DNA from: Bacteroidales bacterium
GTDB taxonomy: Bacteria; Bacteroidota; Bacteroidia; Bacteroidales; F082
NCBI GenBank assembly: GCA_030683155.1
Contig: JAUXMV010000019.1
Coordinates: 6,422-70,421, forward strand
DNA length: 64,000 nucleotides
Reading direction: 5' to 3'
In this document: piece after piece, positions 40,004 through 48,410 of the stretch
Layout of the letters: every line of letters begins with the position of its first letter
Numbering within the stretch: the stretch's first letter is position 1
Made by a program: the position numbers and the translations under genes
Notes under the pieces: generated by a model
What the model saw: the letters and a program-made list of their open reading frames with translations, nothing else
What the model was told of the DNA's origin: nothing
The model's database searches: none

Positions 40004-41695
40004 CTAGGCTTCTTTGTTTTTAATAAGGTTAAAAGTAATAGCGAAAGTTGTTCCGTGACCAACTTCAGACTCAATATTTATTTTTCCTTTATGGTTTTGG
40101 ATGATTCCATGAACAATAGCAAGACCCAGTCCAATGCCACTTGCCTCATGCTTGGTCGAAAAGAAAGGCTCAAAAATATGCGGAAGATTTTCTTTAGCAA
40201 TACCTTTCCCGTTGTCGATGATCTCTATCTGAACAGTGTCTTCTGTAGGGTTTGATGTTTTAAGCAGAATTTCGCCCTGAACCCCGGGCGAAATGGCCTC
40301 ACTTGCATTTACAATCATCGCCAGACAAGCTTGCTTTATCTGATTAGGACTGCATTTGATAAGATCGCTTGTTGCCTGAAAGTGTGTGTTAAAAGCCACG
40401 TTGGCAATCTTCATCGGATGCTTCATTAGCTCATAGGTGCCAGCTAAAATTTCATGTAAATGGCAGGATTCGTGATCATTTTCGTCTTTTCTTGAAAAAT
40501 CGAGCAAACCTTTTACAATATCGCCACACCGCTTTGTTTCACCTTCAATCAGTTTCAGTTTTTTCAGCATGGAATCCCTTTTAGCATCATCGATTTCAGG
40601 ATTGGCCAATTGCTTATGCACAAGTTTGGTATAAATAAGGATGCCTGAAAGAGGATTATTCAGCTCATGAGCAACGGAGGCAGATAATTTACCTAGTGAG
40701 GCTATTCGCTCTATTTGAATTAGTTCGTTCTGAACCGCTCCAAGCTCCTCTGATTTTTTTTGCACCTTATATTCAAGCTGTTTTGACCAGTTTTCAAGCT
40801 CAAGATTTGCTGTTTGCAATTTATCAAGCATTTCGTTGAATGCAAGCGAAACCATGCGCATATCCTGAAGTTGATTGGGTACTATTTTCAGCCTTTTATT
40901 TGTATCACCTTTAGCAACAGCCAAACTTGCATCAACCAATGCATGTAAAGGTATTTTGATATTTACCCTTGTGAAAAGCACTAAAATAAATGAAAGTGTA
41001 AATGTTATCAAAACTGCTATCAGAAAATAACGTGTGGAAGATGCCTTGATAGCATTATCAAATGAACCCAATGGCATTTTTATTATCAATGAGCCTAAAA
41101 CACGCTCTTCCTTATCATGTGCATGGCAATCGGCGGTATAGCATGAGGTCTCATTCAAAATAGGATTTCTGATAAGAAGATAACGTTGGCTATTTTCAAG
41201 CATATGCATACTGCATGAGCTTTCAAGTTCAATAATACGATAAGATTTTTCCTCACCGGGGAAAAGTGAGTTTAAATCATTATGACAATTTGAACAATCA
41301 GGATCGTGGTTGTGTGAAGAGGTAGGTGAGTAAGACGAATAAACAAGATAATCAGTATTATCATAAAGATTTACTTCGTCAATACCTGTAAGATTGTTAA
41401 TGATATCAAGGGTATTATACAGCTCTGTTTTGTCGTTTCTAAGCATTGAATGATAAAGAGCTCCTTCAACAATAGAACCAATATTACCTCCATTTTCATG
41501 AATCATGGTCATTAAGAACCTCTCATTGACAGATTTAAAAATGATTATATAAGACCCTAACAAAAAAATAGACAGCATCGCAATAATAAGAACTACCCTG
41601 CTGTATACTGATGAATGAAAGCGCACAAATCTGGGATATAACTTATTATCAGTGAGGATAGCCCTAAGCTTTGCTTTAATACTGTAGCTTTTCAT
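40004..41695 (-). CDS. Sensor histidine kinase with periplasmic CXXCH-containing domain
   Basis: Two TM helices flank a domain of about 170 aa that carries CSNCH and [12 protein letters not shown]-like linker, the H-box [10 protein letters not shown] and an HATPase domain follow. Confidence 0.88.
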   Translation of the reverse strand: MKSYSIKAKLRAILTDNKLYPRFVRFHSSVYSRVVLIIAMLSIFLLGSYIIIFKSVNERFLMTMIHENGGNIGSIVEGALYHSMLRNDKTELYNTLDIINNLTGIDEVNLYDNTDYLVYSSYSPTSSHNHDPDCSNCHNDLNSLFPGEEKSYRIIELESSCSMHMLENSQRYLLIRNPILNETSCYTADCHAHDKEERVLGSLIIKMPLGSFDNAIKASSTRYFLIAVLITFTLSFILVLFTRVNIKIPLHALVDASLAVAKGDTNKRLKIVPNQLQDMRMVSLAFNEMLDKLQTANLELENWSKQLEYKVQKKSEELGAVQNELIQIERIASLGKLSASVAHELNNPLSGILIYTKLVHKQLANPEIDDAKRDSMLKKLKLIEGETKRCGDIVKGLLDFSRKDENDHESCHLHEILAGTYELMKHPMKIANVAFNTHFQATSDLIKCSPNQIKQACLAMIVNASEAISPGVQGEILLKTSNPTEDTVQIEIIDNGKGIAKENLPHIFEPFFSTKHEASGIGLGLAIVHGIIQNHKGKINIESEVGHGTTFAITFNLIKNKEA

Positions 41696-41727
41696 TTTTG
41701 TGTTTTTTTTCGCTAATTAAAATACTT

Positions 41728-41775
41728 ATGTGCTTTCACCAGTCAAGAGTTTGCAACTGATAGATGAAAGCACAT
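41728..41775 (-). terminator. Hairpin between the GcvH-fold gene and the kinase gene
   Basis: A perfect 11-bp inverted repeat (ATGTGCTTTCA / TGAAAGCACAT) encloses a 26-nt loop. There is no clear T tract. Confidence 0.3.
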
Positions 41776-41858
41776 AAAGCAGTCTGAAAATATGAGACTA
41801 TCATAATACCCTGTTTTGATCCCGCAATATCGGAAAAAAAACAGTTCGTCAAAGAGGT

Positions 41859-42593
41859 TTATGCCTCAATTTTTTGAAAAGGTCTTCCGAGAAATTCGTT
41901 TTCAAAATCATTCCATACCTCTTGCGGTAGTTCGGTCAAAAGATGTTCGCGCAATTCACCACCATCCTGAAGTGTTTGTGCCATTTGAGTTGCACTGTTC
42001 TTCCAGAGTGATGACATTAAAAAGTCTTTAAAGCGAACCAATTCGGATGAAGTCCAGCTAATAGCTTCTTCAGCAATTACACAATCAGCTGTTTCTGAAA
42101 TCCAGCTTTTAGGCTTAATTTCATACATCCAACCCTTTCCATAGGTATCTTCCATCATTTTTGAGGCATCATCTTTCAGTTCACTGTTGAATTTTCTGAT
42201 GCTTCCGGATAAAGGAGAGAACACCTTTATTTGTTTTTCTTTCTGATGAATAATTGCAATCAGATCACCTTTCACAACATTGTCACTAGCCTGTTTCATT
42301 GGTTCGACTGAAACAAGGCCAGTAATGCGCAACATGAGTTCATCTAATCCAAAGCGAGCCATGCCAGATTTATACATATACATCCACATATGGTTCGGGC
42401 TGTGATAAACTCCGGATGGAATGTTGAGCCTTTTGATGCTAAGAACACTTAGTGCTTCATGAAATTTTTGAGAAATCTTTGATCTCTTGTTGAGTATGAT
42501 CCAAAATGGGACGAGCAACAGAAAAAAAGCTACTGTAACCAGGTATTCTATACCCTTGGTTTCGAAGATGTTGGTGTAATAAAACGCTTCCAT
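41859..42593 (-). CDS. Membrane-anchored GcvH-fold protein (paralog 1)
   Basis: An N-terminal TM helix precedes a GcvH-like core (HMW...GLD...GD...SPLSG...GWMYEIKP). The C-terminal tail is LQDGGELRE...VWNDFENEFL. Confidence 0.75.
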   Translation of the reverse strand: MEAFYYTNIFETKGIEYLVTVAFFLLLVPFWIILNKRSKISQKFHEALSVLSIKRLNIPSGVYHSPNHMWMYMYKSGMARFGLDELMLRITGLVSVEPMKQASDNVVKGDLIAIIHQKEKQIKVFSPLSGSIRKFNSELKDDASKMMEDTYGKGWMYEIKPKSWISETADCVIAEEAISWTSSELVRFKDFLMSSLWKNSATQMAQTLQDGGELREHLLTELPQEVWNDFENEFLGRPFQKIEA

Positions 42594-42678
42594 GATATTA
42601 TTATTTTTTGAGGTTAATTTTTATAAATCTTTTTTAAATAAATGTCTGCTTGTAATCTTTAAAATAGCGTTGACTTTT

Positions 42679-43905
42679 TTAATGACCTTTTGCCCAGTCT
42701 GGTCCATTGCGCAACACAGGCATTCTAAGGATAATCCATCTGAAGACCCAGATTTGAATCAAAATAATTGCCAGAGAAACGGTAAGCTCTTGCCATGTAG
42801 GAACATATCTCACTGGTGCATCAATATTATAGGCAATCAGAGATACATTTAAACGGTTGATTAAAATGCCCATAAGTGTTATTACTGATGAAACTATAAC
42901 CATCGTAGCATTTTTCGTTTTATAGCTATACATGAACAGAAACATTGGAAGAATAACCAATCCAATCATTTCAAGCAGGTACCAATTGCCCCAGCCAGTT
43001 CCCATGTATGCGAAATATTTCTCATGCACAAAAATGATGATATGCATAAAAACATATGAAAAGAGTCCAACAGAGCAAATCCCGGCAAGACCAACAAGAA
43101 TATCATCCTTTGCTTTAATCATTTTTTCTGTGAGTTGAAAAGCAAATATTTTCCAGCTTATGGCAACAACCACAACAACAAGGGATAGACCGCCAAATAC
43201 ACTTTGGATCACGAACATAAGTGGCATATAATTATTGTACCACAATGGGTGAATCTTACCTTTTGCAAGCAAGAATAGCGCGCCAATACCACCCTGATGC
43301 AAAACTGAAAGGGTGATGCCAAAAACGACTGCAACAAGCGTGATGCCGGTAAGGAATTTATGCATTTTTCTTGCGTTTAGCCATGCTGCAATAGATGGTG
43401 AAAACTCAAGGAAAAGACACAAAATGTATAGCATAAAATGCCAGGCTACCAAAAACAAAATCGAACTAACACCATAATCATTACCAATGATAACATTGAA
43501 AATGTCAAGTGGACGACCCAATTCAAGAACGAGCGCTGCTGAATAAAATACGTAAGCCAGCAGTCCGTTCAATACAGCAATTTTCAATACAGGCTCATAA
43601 CGTTTTATGTGTAAAACATGGGTCATGAAAACAAGCACATAGGCTCCACCAGCCATGGCCACACCAACGACAACATTAAAAGCCTTCCATATTCCCCAGG
43701 GCACATCCTGTGAAAGATTTGTTACTGCTTCGAGTCCGAACCTGAAGCGATATACGATTAGTCCTAATCCAAGAAGAATAATCGGGAGGGTAATGATATT
43801 GAAGGCGGTGAATATTTTAGTCTTTGGCTTAAGTTCACTGATTAAAAACCGCCATGTTTTATTCTCTTTATTGTCGAGATATTGGATTGTATCTGTCTGG
43901 TTCAT
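42679..43905 (-). CDS. NrfD/PsrC/HybB-like polytopic membrane protein (quinone-interacting subunit)
   Basis: 408 aa with about 10 hydrophobic helices. It overlaps the upstream FeS gene by 4 nt, as in NrfCD, DsrOP and HybAB pairs. Confidence 0.8.
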   Translation of the reverse strand: MNQTDTIQYLDNKENKTWRFLISELKPKTKIFTAFNIITLPIILLGLGLIVYRFRFGLEAVTNLSQDVPWGIWKAFNVVVGVAMAGGAYVLVFMTHVLHIKRYEPVLKIAVLNGLLAYVFYSAALVLELGRPLDIFNVIIGNDYGVSSILFLVAWHFMLYILCLFLEFSPSIAAWLNARKMHKFLTGITLVAVVFGITLSVLHQGGIGALFLLAKGKIHPLWYNNYMPLMFVIQSVFGGLSLVVVVVAISWKIFAFQLTEKMIKAKDDILVGLAGICSVGLFSYVFMHIIIFVHEKYFAYMGTGWGNWYLLEMIGLVILPMFLFMYSYKTKNATMVIVSSVITLMGILINRLNVSLIAYNIDAPVRYVPTWQELTVSLAIILIQIWVFRWIILRMPVLRNGPDWAKGH

Positions 43906-44768
43906 ATTTCGTCCTCCTCAGTAATGGTAGAAGTTGATTTTGTTGCTTGATAAACACCCAGTAAAAATGTAGGTAATAGTAAATCTACCGGAGCAATGCT
44001 TGAAATAAAGCCTTTTGTTAGTCCTGGAAATGATTTCTTTTGAATCTTCATGTTAAACCCAAGTTCTTCAAACGGAACAGGTGAAAGATACATCCATGAG
44101 GTTCCGCCAGCTTCATGTTCACCATAAATATAGTCAACATAAGTATCAGGATTTTCAATGATTCTAGTCCGGGCTTCCTTTATGAGGTCGCTGCGTTTTC
44201 CGTAGGTCAATGCTTCTTCAGGACAAAAATATGAACAGGCAGGAATTTCGCCTTCTGCAAGACGATTAACACACATATCACATTTAACAACTTTAGGATT
44301 TGTACTCTTATATTCAAATTTTGGAATATCAAAAGGACATGCAATCATGCAGTAGCGGCAGCCCATGCATTTGTCTTCACGCCAGATAACAGGGCCTTCC
44401 TGAGTTTTATACATGGCCATTGTAAGGCAAGCTGCTGTACAGGCCGGTTCGCTGCAATGTCTGCACTGATCTTTAAAAGCGACCATTCCGATCGAAGTTT
44501 CGTGTCTGTTTACAACTGTGCGACAAGTTTCATCTAGTTTTCGTGGTGGCGGATTTCTTGGAATATCAGGCATTTCAGCTTCGTGTGCTTCGGCGCAGTC
44601 GTACTCGCATCCGAAGCATCCAACGCAACGCGACATATCATACAGCATTCCATTGAGTTCCGTGCCATTGTCTGAAAAGGCCTCTGATGCAGTGCTTACT
44701 TTTCCTACCGAAAGTGCTACTGCAGTAGCGCCCATGGCTTTGAAAAATGTTCTTCTGTTAAGGGACAT
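43902..44768 (-). CDS. Tat-exported 4x[4Fe-4S] ferredoxin-type subunit (HybA/NrfC/DsrO-like)
   Basis: The twin-arginine leader is MSLNRRTFFKAMG. There are four Cys clusters (CVGCFGCEYDC, CRHCSEPAC, CMGCRYCMIAC, CDMC...C..FC). A hydrophobic segment sits near the C-terminus. Confidence 0.85.
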   Translation of the reverse strand: MSLNRRTFFKAMGATAVALSVGKVSTASEAFSDNGTELNGMLYDMSRCVGCFGCEYDCAEAHEAEMPDIPRNPPPRKLDETCRTVVNRHETSIGMVAFKDQCRHCSEPACTAACLTMAMYKTQEGPVIWREDKCMGCRYCMIACPFDIPKFEYKSTNPKVVKCDMCVNRLAEGEIPACSYFCPEEALTYGKRSDLIKEARTRIIENPDTYVDYIYGEHEAGGTSWMYLSPVPFEELGFNMKIQKKSFPGLTKGFISSIAPVDLLLPTFLLGVYQATKSTSTITEEDEI

Positions 44769-44818
44769 ACTTTTAATTTTTTATATTGGGGAGATGGTAG
44801 TTGTTGAGAAAAACAGGA

Positions 44819-46414
44819 TTACGATAATGTATTCAAAAATTCATTCTGAAAATCTTCCCACACTTGTGGTTCGAGATCTGCCATAAAACCTTCTCTTAAT
44901 TCACCACCATCCTGAAGCACTATTTGCGCATATTGTGGTGAACTGGCTTGTAATGCCCTTGCGATAAAATCCTTAAGTCTGTTAAATTCTGATTTCAACC
45001 AAACAGTATATTGATCTGCCATCAACATGAAATCAATTTCACGTTTCCAGTTGGTTGGTTCAATTTTATAGAGCCAGTTTTCAACGAAAGAATTTCCTTC
45101 TACTGGTTGATTGTTTATTGCAACTATGGTTCCTGAAACCGGAGAATTGAGCGTGATTTGCTTTCCACCCTGAATGATTGTTACAACGGCTTCACCTTTA
45201 TTTACTTTTTCACCTTTTGCAAGTGTTTTAATACGACTTACAGACCCAATTACATGATGCAGAAAGTCATCCATTCCTACTGCAACATTACCGTTGTTTT
45301 CCATGAATGCCCATGTATGAGATTTATCATAGAGTAGTCCTTTCGGAGTTTCAACTGAACTAAGATTAAAAACACCATCTGCTGTTAAAGCATCAATTTC
45401 TGTAGTTTGACTTCTGTCGCGAAACAACCATGTAAGCAATAATCCAAATAAGATAAATCCGCCGATTGTGATGATCAAAAGAAGGATCCATGCCTGATCG
45501 TTTTCTTCGGAAACAGTTTTCAGTTCAGGTGCATTAAGATTTCTGACTGCAGCAAGTTTTTCGTGTGAAGTGAGCGCTACAAAACCGTTTGCTGATAAAA
45601 CATCTTGTCCCTCAGTCATCATCCAGGAAACAAGGCTTGTTTCCATTGCATTCATTTCACTTTTGGTAGAAACAACATGAATGTTTCTTCCAAGTTGCTT
45701 TGGATATCTGCCAACCCATAATGCATTTGCAAAAGTTTCTACTGAACCGTAAAAATCTTCTGCAGATTCAATACGTCCGTTGTTATTTCTGTCGATTGGC
45801 AATAAAGCAAATCCGTCAACAAAACTTTGATCAGCATTAAGAATATCTGAAAGCATGCAGAAACCGATTATTTCATTGTTGTTTTTTAGATTGGAAAAGA
45901 AATCATTCTTCGAATCAAATGGCTTCCTGGTTAAAGGAATGGCCTCTATGTTCAAATATTCTGATAGACCATCAAGTACTTTTACATTTGAAAAACACAA
46001 AACAGAATTCTCAGCCGTGAGCATTTCAGTGATTTTTTGAAATGATACACCTTGCTCCATATACATTCCAAATTTTGGGTTGGCTGTATTGATAACAGGA
46101 ACGATCGCATCGCGACCAACTAAAAGCTGCCAGGCGTAAGATTCGGATTGCTTTCTCAGGTTATCGGTATAAACAAGGTTTAAACCTTCAACAGGTTTTA
46201 CTCCATCTGAAATATTCAGCGTAAATTGTATCTCTGGATTGATGCTGATGTAATCATTGGCAAGGTCAGATGCTAACTGCTCCAGTCCGGGAGCTGCTGA
46301 TAAACGAATGTTCTTTTCTGACTGTCCAAACATTGTGAGACTAAATGCCATCATGATGCTGATAAAAATGATCCGGGTTTTCATGGCTGTAATTTTTATT
46401 TGATGAGTTTTCAT
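44819..46414 (-). CDS. Fusion protein: periplasmic PstS-like binding domain, TM helix, cytoplasmic GcvH-fold domain (paralog 2)
   Basis: Has a signal peptide and a PBP-like region (VGRDAIVPVINTANP). The TM helix spans aa 308-331. The GcvH-like core is HTW...GMD...SPVSG...NWLYKIEP. The tail LQDGGELRE...VWEDFQNEFL is the same as in paralog 1. An alternative start is the ATG at 46384. Confidence 0.75.
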   Translation of the reverse strand: MKTHQIKITAMKTRIIFISIMMAFSLTMFGQSEKNIRLSAAPGLEQLASDLANDYISINPEIQFTLNISDGVKPVEGLNLVYTDNLRKQSESYAWQLLVGRDAIVPVINTANPKFGMYMEQGVSFQKITEMLTAENSVLCFSNVKVLDGLSEYLNIEAIPLTRKPFDSKNDFFSNLKNNNEIIGFCMLSDILNADQSFVDGFALLPIDRNNNGRIESAEDFYGSVETFANALWVGRYPKQLGRNIHVVSTKSEMNAMETSLVSWMMTEGQDVLSANGFVALTSHEKLAAVRNLNAPELKTVSEENDQAWILLLIITIGGFILFGLLLTWLFRDRSQTTEIDALTADGVFNLSSVETPKGLLYDKSHTWAFMENNGNVAVGMDDFLHHVIGSVSRIKTLAKGEKVNKGEAVVTIIQGGKQITLNSPVSGTIVAINNQPVEGNSFVENWLYKIEPTNWKREIDFMLMADQYTVWLKSEFNRLKDFIARALQASSPQYAQIVLQDGGELREGFMADLEPQVWEDFQNEFLNTLS

Positions 46415-46442
46415 TGATTTCTTTTTTTCTTGTCTCTATATA

Positions 46443-46458
46443 GACGAAAACCATGCCA
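46443..46458 (-). promoter_or_regulatory. Weak sigma-54 promoter candidate
   Basis: The minus strand reads TGGCATGGTTTTCGT against the consensus TGGCACG-N4-TTGC. The -24 GG and the -13 G are present, but the -12 C is T. It lies 30-60 nt upstream of the possible starts of the 44819-46414 gene. Confidence 0.25.
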
Positions 46459-47054
46459 AACTCATTTTTTGATACTTAACATGTTGTTTTTCAATTATTT
46501 ATATTAACACTTGTTTAACTTTTAAACACTTCGTACTGTTGAATTATTATACACTTTTTTCTCACTTGTTGTTTATAACGTTGATTTACAATTTATTACA
46601 CACTTTGTTTAATTTATATACAGCTGTATATTTTTTCATCAGTAGTGTTTTAAAATACTGATTTTCTGATACATACAAATATATAAATTCGTGAAATATT
46701 GAGGCCAGAGGTGTTTTTATGCGGGGAGGCTCATTGAGAATGTGTGCAAAAAGAAATGATTTCTTTTACACTTTTTTTTAATTATTCAAGAAAATTAGCG
46801 GGGATTTAATAAAAAGACATGCCGTCACACCAGGTTGCATTACTTTGTGCAAAACAGAAAAAGAATGCAAATGCATTCAACCTGAAAGAATTTATATGTA
46901 ATGTGGAACCCTGAAAAATGAGGAATCAAGAGTTATTAATTGCGAGCAAATGCATTCTGCCAATGCAATCATTTAGTAAATCAGGCAATCTTTATCAACT
47001 GGATCTATCAAAACAGCACGATCGAAAGATTTATTTATGCAATTTTACAACATC

Positions 47055-48410
47055 TTACATAAAATCCATTATGCTTCCTGAGATTTGCATCAAAGAAATT
47101 TCAGCAATTTTTGTCAGATATTTAATGGATATAAGTCGTTCTTCAGCATCAAGAAGACTCTTTTGAACTTCCCTGAGCTCAAGTCCGGCCAGATTGCCAA
47201 GTTTATAGCGCTCAAGGGCAATCTGTAGGTTTTCGCGAGCTACAGCCAGATTCTTTTCTTCAAGTCGGAGGAGCCTGATATTATTTTCGTAGGCAAAGAA
47301 GATGGTCAGCAGATCGGCTTTCACTTCCTGTTCAACCTCTTTAAATTGAATGTTCGTGTTTTCAATTCCAATGCGTGCAACACTTTTTTCGCGCTTTCTG
47401 TTTGAACCATCAAATAAATCCATTCCAAGGCTAAGCCCATAATTCATTCCATGCGAACGTTGATTCAGATAATCACCCATGTTATATCCATTATAATTAT
47501 ACCCGTAACCTGTCGATAAATTAAGGTAAGGATAAGAGCGGGATTTGATAATTTGATAATCAAGTGTTGAAATAATTTGATTTTTTGACGCTATCTGCAA
47601 GCTTGTATTAAAAACAATGGTTTTTCGAAGCAGCTCATCGTAAGTCAGCTTTTCATTGATTTGAATCAATGTATCTTTTAGGACAATATTCTTTCCCAGA
47701 TCCTCCGAAGCCATTAATTCGTTAAGTCTTATCTGGGCAGAACGGAGCACTGCGCTCTGCCGCGAATACCTTGAGCTATCCGCATTGAGATAAACGAGTG
47801 ATTGCAGCAGTTCCAGTTTGGATGCACCACCCAGTAAATAACGCTGTTCATCAATCCTGACACGTTCACGTGACAATGAGATTGCATATGCCAGATTCTT
47901 ATATAAAGTAAGCTGCTCGATGTAATAATTATACTCAGCGGCAATGCGTCCAACAAGATTTTCAACCGCCATCTGCGTGCTAAGACCCTCTAATTCATTC
48001 AGCTGACCAAGCTTTCGATAGGTATTCTGCACCTGAAACCCCCTGAAAATAGTCATCCCAAGATTGACAGAAGCCGCAGCGGAAGTATTATGGATTCCGG
48101 TAGAAGATGTTTCGCCCCCATCCCGTAAATTTCGGTTGACAGCGTTCACTGTACCTCCAAAACTGTTGTTTGCTGTTACACTTGGCAACATTCCGGCATT
48201 TCCATACGTATAATTAATTGCAGAAATTTCTTCACGATTTCTTACAGCCTGTAATCCAAAATTATTATCTAAACCGATCTGAATACAGCGGCTCAAATCA
48301 TATAAATCCTGAGAATAAACAGGAGCAAGGCTATAGAAGTAAAGAATCGGAAAAACTATAAGTCTGATTCCTACCGGCAATTTAAACTTCGACAGGATAA
48401 TTTTGTTCAT
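47055..48410 (-). CDS. TolC-family outer membrane efflux protein
   Basis: 451 aa with two repeated OEP halves. It is the last gene of the RND operon. Confidence 0.85.
   Translation of the reverse strand: MNKIILSKFKLPVGIRLIVFPILYFYSLAPVYSQDLYDLSRCIQIGLDNNFGLQAVRNREEISAINYTYGNAGMLPSVTANNSFGGTVNAVNRNLRDGGETSSTGIHNTSAAASVNLGMTIFRGFQVQNTYRKLGQLNELEGLSTQMAVENLVGRIAAEYNYYIEQLTLYKNLAYAISLSRERVRIDEQRYLLGGASKLELLQSLVYLNADSSRYSRQSAVLRSAQIRLNELMASEDLGKNIVLKDTLIQINEKLTYDELLRKTIVFNTSLQIASKNQIISTLDYQIIKSRSYPYLNLSTGYGYNYNGYNMGDYLNQRSHGMNYGLSLGMDLFDGSNRKREKSVARIGIENTNIQFKEVEQEVKADLLTIFFAYENNIRLLRLEEKNLAVARENLQIALERYKLGNLAGLELREVQKSLLDAEERLISIKYLTKIAEISLMQISGSIMDFM

Noticed and set aside
44518-44886. 122-aa plus-strand ORF
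   Set aside because: It is antisense across the FeS gene start and the intergenic spacer, with no motifs.
46500-46620. Repeated ACACTT-containing boxes considered as a CRISPR or tandem-repeat array
   Set aside because: The units are short and irregularly spaced, and they are not direct repeats with unique spacers. They are kept only as possible regulator sites.
46918-47166. 82-aa plus-strand ORF
   Set aside because: It overlaps the 3' end of the TolC-like gene in antisense and has no features.
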